Positions 1-18,541 of a stretch of DNA of 64,000 bases are shown in pieces. The position numbers were made by a program, and so were the translations under genes. A model generated the notes under the pieces. The model did not search any database and had not been told where the DNA came from. It was given only the letters and a program-made list of their open reading frames with translations. The DNA is from the human T2T-CHM13v2.0 reference genome, Homo sapiens: NCBI RefSeq assembly GCF_009914755.1, contig NC_060931.1; one strand, given 5' to 3'. Each line of letters opens with the position of its first letter. The first letter of the stretch is position 1.

Positions 1-348
1 TAATAGGAGCTTTCTATTGTATCCTTTTTGAAAATTTCATGTTCTGAGATACTCTTGGCCCAGTCAGAGGGCAAGGAAAGCATCAGGAAGGACAGTCAGG
101 CTCCATTTCTCAGGAGAGTGTTTTTATAAAGTAGAATTGGAATCTTCCAATGGACAAGAGGCCTGCCCAGTGACTGGGGGTAAGTAGAAGGCCCAGCGCC
201 ATGGTGATGTCAGGTAACCTCTTAGCCCACAAACCCCCACCAGCCTCTCCTGATGTGACTAAATTCTTACCTTTACCCTTAGTTGAGACTATTTGATTGG
301 CAGTAACAGAAATCCACTTAACGTAACTCAATCGAAAAAGTGCAGCTA

Positions 349-626
349 GGCCAGGCACAGTGGCCTACGACTGTAATCCCAGCACTTTGGGAGGCCGAGG
401 CAGGAGGATTACTGGAGGCCAGGAGTTGGAGACCAGCGTGGGCAATAGAGCAAGACCCCTGTCTCTACCAAAAAAAAAAAAAATTACTTGGGGTTGGTCC
501 CAGCTACTTGAGAGACTGAGGCAGGAAGATTGCTTGAGCCCAGGAGTTGGAAGCTGCCGTGAGCTAGGATCATGACACTGCACTCCATCCTGGGTAACAG
601 AGTGAGACCTGGTCTCTTAAAAAAAA

Positions 627-665
<39 letters not shown>

Positions 666-666
666 A
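349..666 (+). mobile_element. AluJ-like SINE with internal deletion in right arm and (TAAA)n tail
   Basis: GGCCAGGCACAGTGG head, A-rich linker, (TAAA)n tail; TSD AAAGTGCAGCTA at 338-348 and 664-675. Confidence 0.92.
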
Positions 667-1705
667 GTGCAGCTAGACCTCACCAGACCTGGCAAGCCAT
701 TTAGTCAAAGCAGCTTCTCTTCCACTGCACCTGGTCTCTTTCTCTCTCTGCAGCCACATGTCCTCTCACCTTCACTTTCCCTGTGATATCTTTCTCCCTC
801 TGTCCCTCTCTCTTCACCTCTGTCTTTTTCAGTCTGTCCATCTCTCTTAACCAGCTCTCTCTGCCTCTCCTTGTGCACATAAATAAATGTGGTTAGTCCA
901 TTTTAATTCTCTCAGTTCAGGTGACTGGCTGAAAAAAGTACTCATATTCTATAGTTCCAATACACAGTCCCAGAAGCTTTGGTTCACGTTGGGTCTACCC
1001 CCGTGCAATCAGTATTGTCCTCTGATCGTCCACCGAAGTCACCCAGTCTGGCCTGGATGGCACGGTCATGCAGTGTACACACAGCTGTCCTCATCCACTC
1101 CTGTCCCTGTGGAAAGTTCTCTGGAAATGGGACTGTGGGCTGGACATGCACCTCCAAGGCATCCTTGTCATGTCTATTTTCTCTCCAGTCTGATCACATC
1201 CGACATCCTCTCTTCCAACCTAGATGTCACACAAAGCAGGGGATAGTGGAAGAGAATAGGCTTGGGAGACAGACTTGGTTTCTAATACTGGCTTTGTAAA
1301 TAGTAGGTTTATGGCCTTGATAAAGGAGCGTAAACCTCAATTTCTCCATAAGAATAGGGGAAATAGCATCTATCTCGAAAGCTTATTTTGAGGATAATGA
1401 CCCATTTTGGAAAGAATCATCTAAATACAGAATTTCTATTTCTTCACTTTTCATTTATTCTATACTCACTTATTTGTGGCTTCTGCTTCTACCAGTCCCT
1501 TGAAATTGTTTTCATTAAGGTCAGCTATGACTTTTTCTGTTGCTATCATCTGTCCTAATCATATTCATTCTCTTTTTAGAATCGTCACTGTTGACCATTC
1601 TCTCCTTCTTGAAAATGCTCTTTCTATGGCTTCTATAACAATATATGTCGTGGTTTTTCAAATCGATGTTGGTTTCTTTAAGATTATTTTAATATATAAA
1701 TGAGT

Positions 1706-1875
1706 GCTGGGTGCAGTGGCACACACCTGTAGTTCCAGCTACACAGGAGGCTGAGGCAGGAGGATTGCTTGAGGCCAAGAATTTGAGGCTACAGAGTACC
1801 ATGATCAGGCCTGTGAAGAACCACTGCACTCCAGCCTGGGCAACGTAGTGAGACCTCATTTGTAAATTTTTAAAA
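1706..1875 (+). mobile_element. FAM (fossil Alu monomer, 7SL-derived)
   Basis: Single monomer containing the 7SL-type CCTGTGAA..CCACTGCACTCCAGCCTGGGCAAC segment; TSD ATTATTTTAATATATAAAT at 1683-1701 and 1876-1894. Confidence 0.8.
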
Positions 1876-2169
1876 ATTATTTTAATATATAAATAAGCAA
1901 AAAGAAATCAGCAATTATTTGTATCATTGCCAAAAATTAACTAGCGCTAACATGTTTGATTCTCTTTTTTATTTTCTTTTTAAAAATTCAATTAATATGG
2001 AAAGGTTAGAAAATGTTTTAAATTTTAAAGTAGCCCAAATCCCTCTATCCTGGAATTCTATTCTTTATTAAGGATAGCACAGTAAAAACTCTTTGTTATC
2101 CAAGGCATCTTTCTAAAATGCAAGTATGGAACTAAAGAAATAGAAACGTATTTTTAAAAAATGAGTTCA

Positions 2170-2800
<631 letters not shown>

Positions 2801-2911
2801 ATAACAGAAAAAAAAGAAACTAAAAAAAATAGGAGGGTACAGTTACTATGTTTCTATTTAAGACACTGGTACTCCTACAATTTCTACAATCTTCCCTCCC
2901 CCACTTCTTGA

Positions 2912-3286
<375 letters not shown>

Positions 3287-3811
3287 TAACATAGTTCCCA
3301 TGGTTGCCTGGAATCTGGTTTTGGCTCTATATTCAAGTGTATTTTATGCTTATATGAGGTGTTTCCTTGGTCATGGAATATCCATTCCAGAGTTCTTTGT
3401 TTTGATTTATCTCCATGAGGAATTTTGTTATCAGTAGTTTTTTCAGAAGTGCTTATGTGTCTGTATTCTTTGATTTATTTCATGTGTTTGAGTTATTTTC
3501 ATGTCTGTAGCTTTTTGCTTGAAGGCATCTTAGAGAATGTCATGCTCACGGTCACACCTACTTTCCCTTAGAACTTTGATGATGTTCCGCCTTTGCCTTT
3601 TTCTGGCATTGAATGATCTTGTGGAAAAGTCTGGGGCAGCCTTATTTACTGCTATTGACTATATGCTGGGGGAAAAAAATCTCTCTTTATCTATGTTCAT
3701 ATAAGTGGATTAGCTTAGCTAGACTGGATCTTGATGTTCAGTGATCTGGGCGATTGAGATTATGTATATAAAAAATTGATGTTCATAAAATGCTCAGCAC
3801 AGAACCCAGTA

Positions 3812-4022
3812 TGGGGTCAACAAATTATGGCCTACAGGCCAAATCCAGCTCACAAACTACAAATAAAGTTTTACTAGCACACAAACATATTAGTTTATGT
3901 ATTATCTGTGGCTGCTTTCCTGCCTCAATGGCAGGGCTGAATAGCTGTGACAGAGACCATATGGTCTGCAAGTCCTAAAATATTTACTATCTGTCCTTTT
4001 ACAGAAAATGTTTATCAGCCCT
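3812..4022 (+). mobile_element. MER58A-like hAT-Charlie MITE
   Basis: GGGGTCAACAAATTATGGCC...AAATAAAGTTTTA...CTAAAATATTTACTATCTG..CTTTTACAGAAAA matches MER58A. Confidence 0.75.
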
Positions 4023-5171
4023 ATTCCCCAACACACATGCTCACTCTGTCCTAGAGAATCAGGAAAAACTGGCTATTGAAAGTGACTTTACATCTCACTT
4101 TCTAGTCTAACGTGTTATTTTCTGCAAAAGCAGTTTCCATAAAATCTAGATATGGGCTCCACCAACCTTAACCACTTCCAAAGAGAAGTTCACCTGCATT
4201 ATGTAATGTCCATATGATATGGTATTATCTTTTGAAGACAAGCTCACATCTATGTCCAGAGACCCATCCACAATTGAGGCATAATGATGTTTCAATTTAA
4301 AGCCATATTCAGAAACTTTCGCTATTACCGCCACATGGTCAGATGGCCCATGCCCAGTTGCAAATAACCAATCAATATCAACAACATGGTTGTGGCACTT
4401 CAAAAGTGGGAGAAGAGAAGGAAAAAAACAAGTGTTTTTTTTTTTTTTTTTTTTTTTAGTAAAACCCAAGAAAATGCAATGATAAGTCTATAAAAGGTGA
4501 TTTTGAAATGGTCCGTATTTTAAGAGTTTTGCTGCTGCTGCAATGACTTTAAAATGCCCTTGAACTGGACTCATCGGGTCCTTCCTTTTGGGGAATGGGC
4601 AGCTTTCTGCATAAGGAATACCTGTAGAGATTATTTCTGGCTCTGTGAATTGCCATTCTGTATTCACTATCTCTCATGTACCAATTTGGGAAGAGTGATG
4701 AGGGTGTTGAGATAGGAGAAAGGATCAATAGTGTGCTTTCTAGTCACTGGGAATGTTGAGAATAGATATTTAGCAGACAGTGAGATAAGGAATCTCCACA
4801 CTTTATGTGTGTGTACATGGAAGATATTATCAATATATCAGCCTTTCAGATAGCCATTTGCCTTAGGTCAGTAAAAATTAGAGGCCGACATTTTATTTAA
4901 CTCTGCGTTATCTCCTCTTTGCAACTTGAAGTAGACATAGGCTAGTTAACACAAAATATTATCTTGGGGTGGGTACATACTTGTAATTTATATAAAAGGC
5001 TGAAATGTACCTCATTCTCTTTCCTTGCCCAAAGATGGAGTAAGCATTTATAAACTTCCCGCGAAATATTACCGCCTTAGAGTCAGCAGACCTAGAATAT
5101 GTGAACTTGGCCAAGTTTCTTAACCTGCTCAACCTGCTCTGTCTAGTTTTCTGATCTTTAACAAGAGCTAA

Positions 5172-5795
<624 letters not shown>

Positions 5796-5880
5796 TAGTA
5801 AGCGTGCAATGAATGGTAATAATCTATGTGATAGTGATGATGACTGTGATGAAAAGAATAAAAAAAAACAGGGTGACTAT

Positions 5881-6185
5881 GCTAGGTGCAGTGCCTCACA
5901 CCTGTAACCCCAGCACTTTGGGAGCCGGAGGTGGTGGGTCACTTGAAGACAGGAGTTCGAGAACAGCCTGGCCAACGTGGCAAAACCCTGTCTCTACTAA
6001 AAATACAAAAACTAGCAGGGCATGATGGCATGCACCTGTAGTCCCAGCTACTCGGGAGGCTGAGGCACAAGAATCATTTGAACCCAGGAGGCAGAGGTTG
6101 CATTGAGCCGAGATCACGCCACTGCACTCCAGCCTGAGTGACAAAGCAAGACTCCGTCTCAAATATATATATATATATAAAATTA
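5881..6185 (+). mobile_element. AluS SINE with (TA)n tail
   Basis: Dimeric Alu sequence. Confidence 0.92.
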
Positions 6186-6711
6186 AAAATTTAAAAAAGG
6201 GCGATTTAGAAAATACATTATTATAATCCTTGAAAGGGCTTCTGGCCCCAAGCAAACCACTCTCCTACTAGATAGAGGGATTTCTTAATTTGTGCATAGA
6301 TCTGACTTGGGACAAAGACTATGTGCTCATACCACAGTGTTGATGAAGTTCAAAGTAGCTGAGGCTACTATCACATCATAGTTCTGGTTTTTGTTCTTTG
6401 ACTACTGGGCTTGTGTTCAGCCTTTGTCTTTTGCCAATCGCAAAATCAGGGATGCTTCTCATGTATTCAGGTGGACTTCTGTCTTGGCCCTAGTAGGCAA
6501 ATGGTGAAAAAGAGCCCTGGGAGAGAAGCCAGAATCTGTGAGTTGAAGAGGGGGAGGCAGAGAGAGCCAGTAAAGAGAAGAGGTGAGATCCAGGCAGTGA
6601 CAAAGAAAGGCTTTGGCAGGAACTGTGAGTCAGAGGAGATGAAAGTTGGGATAGGGTCACATAGCAAAGGAGATCGCCATCCTTCTGAAGAGCAGGAAAA
6701 GACCAGAAGAA

Positions 6712-7660
6712 TCAAAAACCAGGACTTGAACAGATATTTATACACTCATGTTCACAGCAGGATTACTCACAAAAGCCAAGAGGTGAACACAACCCAAATG
6801 CCCATTCACAAAAGATTGAGGTCAATGCTTTTCTCACTCCCAGAGACACTGGACTCCAGGAAAGGTGTTGATTGATGTGGCTGCAGTATTGCCACATCAG
6901 CAGATGAATGGATCAGCCGATGAGTGGATCAACAAGATGTCGTAGATACATAATGGAATATTATCCAGCCTTAAAAAGGAGGAAATTCTGACACATGCTA
7001 CAAAATGAATGAGTCTTGAGGACATTATGCTAAGTGAAACCAGCCAGACACAAAAGGGCAAATACTATGATTCCACTCATATGAGATATCCGGAGTAGTC
7101 AAAATCACAGAGACAGAAAGCAGGATGGTGGTTGCCGGGGGCTGGGGGAAGGGGATATGGGGAGTTATTGTTTAATGTCATGATCCCCAACCTTCCTGGC
7201 ACTGGGGATTGGTTTCATAGAAGATGGCAGGGGTGAGGGGATTGGGGGAGTGGCTTTGGGATGAAACTCTTCCACCTCAGATCATCAGGCATTAGTTAGA
7301 GTCTCATAAGGAGCTCACAACATAGATTCCTCACATGCGCAGTTCACAATAGGGTTCACGCTCCTATGAGAATCCGATGCTGCCACTGATCTGATGGGAG
7401 GCAGAGCTCAGGTGGTCACGCTCACTGGCCCAGTTCCTAACAGGCCATGGACGAGTCTGTGGCCCGGGGTTTGGGGACCCCTGTTTAATGGGTTACAGAG
7501 TTTCAGTTTGTGAAGATGAAAAACTACTGGACACGGATGGTGGAGGTGATGGTTGCCCAATAATGTGAATGTACTTAATGTCACTAAACTATATATTTTA
7601 AAAAATGGTTAAAATGATAAATTTTATACTATGTATATTTTAAGACATTAAAAATAATAA
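6712..7660 (+). mobile_element. L1MB-type LINE-1 3' end, interrupted by MER1B and an ~90 bp non-L1 insert
   Basis: AACCCAAATG.CCAT, GAAATTCTGACACATGCTACA, GACATTATGCTAAGTGAA, ATGGTTAAAATGATAAATTTTAT motifs of the L1MB 3' end. Confidence 0.8.
7179..7483 (+). mobile_element. MER1B hAT-Charlie DNA transposon fossil
   Basis: Termini CATGATCCCCAACC / GGGGACCCCTG, internal ATGAAACT.TTCCACCTCAGATCATCAGGCATTAG; 8-bp TSD TTTAATG(T/G) at 7171-7178 and 7484-7491. Confidence 0.85.
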
Positions 7661-7885
7661 AGAAAATCTCACAATAAAAAGAGAGGGTGAATATGAATGA
7701 CATGACTTAACTATAGCAGTCACCAATGAATGCACATCTCCTACATAGATTTATGTTTATATATTCAGTTGTGGTGGCTGGGGTGAAGAGGAAACTGGCT
7801 AAATGTATAGAATTTCCATTTTTGCCAACTGAACCGACCCATTGGTCAGAAATGGGGCCTATCATTTATTCCAGGGAACTACCAC

Positions 7886-7911
7886 AAAATAACTCCGGCC
7901 GGAGTTATTTT
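7886..7911. repeat. Perfect 26-bp palindrome AAAATAACTCCGGCCGGAGTTATTTT
   Basis: Read directly; 13-bp arms, no spacer. Confidence 0.97.
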
Positions 7912-8949
7912 AATTGACTGTTGAGTAATGGTGCTCATAAAACTCAATTGGTGGGCAGCCCTGCCTTCCCACCAGTCACACTCCAGAAGGGATCATGGTG
8001 GCCAGGGGACACCTGCTGGAGGGTCATCACCAGGATTCTTGATGACTGGAGCTGGTGCGATTAGATCAGCAGGGAAGTAGGTCAGTGGAGAAGCCACTTA
8101 CTGGCTTGCAGAGACTTCGGCTGGGGTGCAGAAGAGCAGGTGGTGCTGCCGGCCGTGTATCAGGACACAAGTGCCTTCTTATGCACCAGTAAAAGTTGTG
8201 AGTATCACAAAAGTTGCCTAGAAACCAAATCACAAGACTTCCAGTGACTCTGGCAGGCTCCCTAGTGTTGACAAATCAGGGCATCACAGGACTCTAGTTT
8301 CCCTACAATTAAGCAGATAATTAAGAAATAAGAACACATTTTTCTGATATAAATTGATAGGTTCTAGTTGGTTATGTTAGCATCAGAAATAAATTGAGCA
8401 GTAATCTGCAAAGGATGTTATTGCATTATAAAAATAAAGATCTGTCTCCACAACCAATCAATTCAGCAGATATATACCAACAATCAAATTGTTAAAAATG
8501 ACTTCTATAAATTACCCAGGGTTCTGTCTAATGGTGCCAGAAGCAGCTGTGATACAATTTAGGGCTGATATAACCATATATCGAGAGTGCTTTTTCATTC
8601 TGATACTTTCCGTTCCCTTCAAAGCAGTTGTAGTAGAGCCCACAGCTTTGTTTAGTGCACTCATGTGAAAACAAAGTGTATTTCACTCCATGGGTTAGCA
8701 AAGTCATTTTGGCAGGAATATATGCATTTAATATGGGAAGAATAATTCAATTTTCTTTCTATTATTTCAGCTACAAGGTTGCAATGTACTTAATTCTTCA
8801 TTAAGCCCTCTGGCTTGCAAGGAAGTTGCTGTTCTTTATGAGCTGCTGTACTTCTTTCAAATGAAGGTGGAAAAGACCCACCAAGGGAGAGTTATAATCA
8901 TGTATTTTTCAGTCTTGTCTAACAGCCATTTCAATGAAATCAGAACGAT

Positions 8950-9196
8950 TTAGTACCTTTTCTTAATACCTTCAGCATTTGAAAATTCAGTCTGTCCAAA
9001 CTTGATTGTCTGTTAATGCCTAATCACCAAGCTGCACCAGGATCTGTCGGTGGCCTTTTTTTTCCTTTGCATATTCATGTCGGCTGAAAAAGCAGTTAAA
9101 TGCTGGCTGAACTGAAAGCAATTTTCCCACTTGGGAGCCCTGACACAACAGGAATCCATCTTTCATATAACAGTTCCAAACGTAGTTCTTCCACAG
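8950..9196 (+). repeat. Local duplication, copy 1 (~245 bp, not a recognised repeat family)
   Basis: Aligns to 10172-10418 at roughly 85-90% by eye. Confidence 0.93.
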
Positions 9197-9800
9197 AGGT
9201 TTTGTCTAGTAAGCTTAGATGGTGCCCTAGCTGAGACATGGTTTACTCACCAGACGCAATTAACAATGACAGCAAAAACATATGCAGTAGCCACTGGACT
9301 CTCACTGGGTATTAAGTTCTTTCCTCGGAATATGAGACACCAGGATACACATCAAGACAAATAAACATGGTCCCTGCCCTCAAATAACTTACAATATAGT
9401 AAGTTATTGGCTAAAAATTTGAATGGTTTGAGAATAACTAAGTGGATACAAATTAGAGTCAGTCTCGGGAATGGATCTGTTTTTGGAGAAAAGGTTCCTA
9501 TTTCTCCGCTAGATAGAGGTGGACAGGCTTGGCACAGGACATTGTGGAAGGTACAGAAGGATCTAACAACCTGGTTGAAGAAAAAATTTCAAATAATGGC
9601 TGATAGCATAAGGTGAGAGAAAGAAAGAAACTTAGGGGCAGGGGAAGGAGAGCATAGTTTGAGGGGTGCTGGAGTCAGGGACAGGTTTAGAGAGGCATGA
9701 GTGGGACATACTAAATTTAACATAGAAATGGTGCTCAACAGTCAATTAAAATCTGAGTCTGGAACTCAGGAGAAAAGTCAAGAATAAAGGTAAAGATGTA

Positions 9801-10143
<343 letters not shown>

Positions 10144-10171
10144 TCAGATATGTTGTAGAATGTCCTGCTTT

Positions 10172-10418
10172 TTAATACCTGTTTTAATACCTGGAGCACT
10201 TGAAAATTCAGTCTGTCCAAACTGTGATTGTCCATTAATGCCTATTCACCAAGCCACGCTAGGATCTGTCAGTGGCCTTTTTTTTCCTTTGCATATTCAT
10301 GTCAGCTGAAAAGGCAGTTAAATGCTGGCTGAACTGGAAGCAATTTTCCCACTTGGGAGCCCTGGCACAACAGGAATCCATCTTCAATATAACATTTCCA
10401 AACTTAGTTCCTCTACAA
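10172..10418 (+). repeat. Local duplication, copy 2, flanked by imperfect ~30-bp direct repeats
   Basis: Copy of 8950-9196; flanks CAGATATGTTGTAGAATGTCCTGCTTTTT (10145-10173) and CAGATCTGTTGTAGAAGAATCCTGTTTTT (10419-10447). Confidence 0.92.
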
Positions 10419-10442
10419 CAGATCTGTTGTAGAAGAATCCTG

Positions 10443-10556
10443 TTTTTTTTTTTTAATTGATGTTTAATAGTTGTACATATTTATGGGGTACATGTGTTTT
10501 TTTGGTACATGTATACAATGTATACATTACAACAGGATAATTGGGATATCTATCAC
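10443..10556 (-). mobile_element. Very short L1MA 3' end
   Basis: T-tract then TTGTACATATTTATGGGGTACATGTG; imperfect TSD AGAA..TCCT.TTTT at 10431 and 10557. Confidence 0.7.
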
Positions 10557-10693
10557 TAGAAGTCCTATTTTTGACTCTCAAAAATAGTTAATTTCTTTCC
10601 TGATGATACTCATTCTGAAATTCTCAATGGACACTCCCCATCCTTCAGTCTAATGTTTCGATAGAAACATTTTGATAACTCCTAATTGGTCCT

Positions 10694-11170
10694 TGTACTA
10701 GAGATTTTCTGGTTGCACCTCCAGATCCTCTCTCCATTCTTCTCCTTCCTGTTTTTGCCCTGGGAGGCTGAGCTCTGTGAATGGCATCACCTTGCCCACT
10801 GGCTGCTAAATCGTTTGGCCAACGGAAGACACAAATGAGAGATAACAGCCCGGAGGGGAGTGAGGTCAAGGTGCACATTTATCGTGAATCCCTCTTCGCC
10901 TGGTCATGATGAATTGGCTGCTTCTCTGTACAGCCACTTGCTTTAGGTTGCAGTCAACACTCTCCCTACTTTCCAGTCTGGCCTAGAGGTAGTGACAGCT
11001 CCTGCTGTTGTTAGCCTGTGGGAACTGACAGTATCCCTTGTGAGTTTCCCTAAAGGCTGCCTATTCTTTTTAAACAGTGCTTTTGGTAAGCTTCATTAGC
11101 TTAACTTAACGAAACTCTTCTCAATTACCTAGTTTGAATCCAGTATGTCTTTTCTGACATGACTCTGAAA
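10694..11170 (+). mobile_element. LTR33/LTR16-like ERVL solo LTR
   Basis: CCTCCAGATCC..., TTTGGCCAA.GGAAGACAC and terminal CTCTTCTCAATTACC.AGTTTGA motifs. Confidence 0.55.
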
Positions 11171-11390
11171 GAGTCTTCTGCAAATACTGATTGATTGATT
11201 GATTGACGATATTATCTGATCTTTGTTCTAATATATCTTCCTTTAAAAAGTTCTACAACATAGTAATCACACTTGGGCTGATCTGTTTTCATGAAAGAAA
11301 GTACTTAAGATAGTTTTCTCTAATTTAAATATTAATAGGAAAATGATTAAATAAATTATGATCCATCTCTCTATATGATACTGAAATTTT

Positions 11391-14321
<2,931 letters not shown>

Positions 14322-16029
14322 GAGAGACAATCTTACAGGTATGGACATAGAAATATCTTTAAGACATATTAAGTGAAAAAAAAAGTGACAGAAGAATAGG
14401 CTCAGTATAACCCCATTTATGAAAACAACATTAAACAAAATAAAACTATACATTTTATATAAACTCTTATGAACACATGGGCCTTCAGACTCTAGTCCTA
14501 CACTTTTCCCTTGCCTTACCCCCTCCAATATTCCCACCTCGACGTTGCACTTCAGGTCAGCAACTACATTATGCACTTGCTGAATTAGAGTAGGCGCTCA
14601 ATGCTTGTGGGATAAATGAATGAATTACAATTTTCAAACATGTCCTTTACTTTCAAGACTCCCTCTTAGTGTTTGTCCCTACTGTTCCATCAGCTTAAAA
14701 TGCTGTTAACCCTTCCCTCAGCAATTGTGATTTAGTTAGTAGTCCTCTAGCATCCACTAAATTCTACTTTATTTGGAAAGCCTTCCCAAACCCCTTAAAC
14801 TAGAATTTTCTGGCCCTCCTCTGCTTTTCTAGAGCAATTTATAACTTCACCTGAGCACTCAGAACACCTTGCTTTGCAATCAAATCCAGTTTCCCCTATA
14901 AGATTCTAAGATCCTGGGGGAGCTTTGGCAATTTTGTATTCCCAATACTCACCATAATATCTCACACATAGTAGTCACTCGGTGTGTTACCTTTAATTAA
15001 ATCTAACTGACTGTTAGGGTCCCAGGGGCCAGGTACACCAGACCAGGTAGAGTAGAATAGGTACAATGCCTATTGTAGGTTATTAATTGAATGTCTCCAA
15101 ACAAAATAAATTGATTAATTTAATCATGAAATTGAGTGCCATCCTACTTTAAATAATTTACTCTAAAACTTCAGGCAATTTAAGTCTAAGACGGAAAGCA
15201 GGTGGAGAGTGTAAGAGCCTATATAAGACAAATTTTTCTTTGTTGAATATCAAAGGGCCTCAAGGAATGATCTGGCCTGCCAATGCAGGAATGGGCAACA
15301 GAGAAGTACATAGTTGAACAACCTTCTCTCTCTTCTCTCCCGAGGGACAAGCATATTTTCCCGTCAACTTTAGTAGCAGTTGCCCCCTGTGGATTTCCCA
15401 ATGAATCAGAAGCTGCCTCTGCATAGACTCCTAATCCACAACTTGTATTTCTCAAATCTAATTTATTAAAAACTCATTTATTTTCAACAACACCAGATTT
15501 CTGATTAACTCCCAGCACCATGGGTTGTTTAATGCAGTGGGTTTCATTGTCATTTCTGATTTCCCTAAGTGCTTGATTGATAGAAACTATCATGGGCTTA
15601 GTCTGTCAGTGTATTGTTCCTTTGTCAAGTGACAACAAAAAACTTTATTAATGAAATTGCTGGTGTCTCCTAAATAAGCTAGAAACCCAGTATGGCATTG
15701 GAGACCCACAGGTGTTAGCTTTCACTAGGGCAACTAAAAATAATGCCTGGAAGCTTCACTGAGATACAAGGCAGATATCCCTACCTATGCTCCACCTGGA
15801 AAAGTCTGGCAGAGTCCACAGTTGTGTTTTCTCATTTGGTGTCAAGGAAGAAAGAGGTGTATTTTCATTTTGCCTTTTGATAAGGGTGATGAAATGCACT
15901 GAAGTAGGTTCAGAATGATAAATCAACTTTAAATGCGAACAGCCTTATCTTTTGTTTGTTTTTATAATTTTTCAGACCCATTTAAATCTTTGAGGAGAGT
16001 AACCCTTAGAATACAAGATAGAGTTGTTA

Positions 16030-16233
<204 letters not shown>

Positions 16234-17230
16234 CTAATCCCTTAACCTGTCTTCTGGACTGAGATTCCTTCCTCAACCCAACCATAGCCTTGAGCTACCC
16301 ACAGATGTGAATTAGGTGGAAAAGCTGCCGCAAAAATGTCAGTAAAGGGGAAAGAAGCAGGAGCAGGTCTCCCATATATTAGCAAAATGTCTTCACAATT
16401 TAGTGTTCTCAGTTTGCTGAAATATAGCAGATTTCCCTTATAAACCTTCCACTGGTGTCTTTGGTGCTTTATCTTCCTAGCTAGACAAGGACCCTGGATG
16501 GAGGAGAATTGGTCATTCAGTGGAAAGTCCAATCGCCTCTCATTTCTCAAACATGAGAACAGATAACTTCCTAATCAGTTCTTCCCTTCTGAATATCTCC
16601 TTCCACAACCCTCTGTGACTGTCGCCCAGAGATTTGGATTAATTTTTCCCTTTAGCGTTGCGTCTGACAGCTGAGATGTTGTGATGTTTATGAACTGTTA
16701 AGTCAAAGAGATTATATAGCACCTTGAACAGCTTAGAGGACACATACTGTGTAAATCTAAGCACTAAGAAGTCAGGAACCTGAGAAGAAAGCATAATTCA
16801 GGATAAGTCTCCCAATACCTTCCCATCACCTCTACTTGTCTCCCTGGGTGAAAACTCTAAGAGGGCAAACTAGAGAATAAGGCACAGAATCCAGAGTTCT
16901 TGAGATTTCACTTCCCTGGGCCCTTTCGTTGAATATGAACAAGCCCACTCATGGGCAATCTCTTACATATAAATACTACTATTCTGACACTGTAAGAAAG
17001 GTGAGCCCTTTGAGATATTTCCCAAGAGGTATCTATAGTAATTTATCTACTAACATTTGTATGCAAAGATGTGTATTTACTGAACGACTACATTTAGGAT
17101 TAATGGGATCTTAGCACCGTTTACAAAAGCTGTACTTAAAATTATGCTACCCCCATTTTTCCCTAAGATTGATGAAATTTAAAAGCTAATAATTAAGATG
17201 GTTAAGACATGGGGAGTGCATGCTTTTTTA

Positions 17231-17682
<452 letters not shown>

Positions 17683-17899
17683 TGTGCAATCAGAGATTTT
17701 TCCATTTTAAGATGGTAGTGAAAAGATTTTTTTCTGCCCCTGCTCCTTTTAGGAAATTACCCCAAACCAACAAGGATGATGAGAGAAAACCTGCAAATTT
17801 CATAATCCATGAAATTAGGAAATATTTATATGAAAATAAATAAAAGAGTTTAAAAAATGATGTAGCAGAGTGGAGGTAGCCTGTATTGTTAATTAGTGA

Positions 17900-18209
<310 letters not shown>

Positions 18210-18214
18210 AATGA

Positions 18215-18541
<327 letters not shown>

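Noticed and set aside
1706-1875. Functional 7SL RNA gene
   Set aside because: Lacks the SRP S-domain and is diverged; it fits a FAM monomer.
4146-4469. 107-aa protein-looking ORF on the minus strand in unique DNA
   Set aside because: Non-ATG start, poly-K from a T-tract, no recognisable homology or flanking splice signals. BLASTX or PhyloCSF would settle it.
6411-6875. 154-aa ORF
   Set aside because: TTG start, purine-rich low complexity, and its second half is L1MB sequence.
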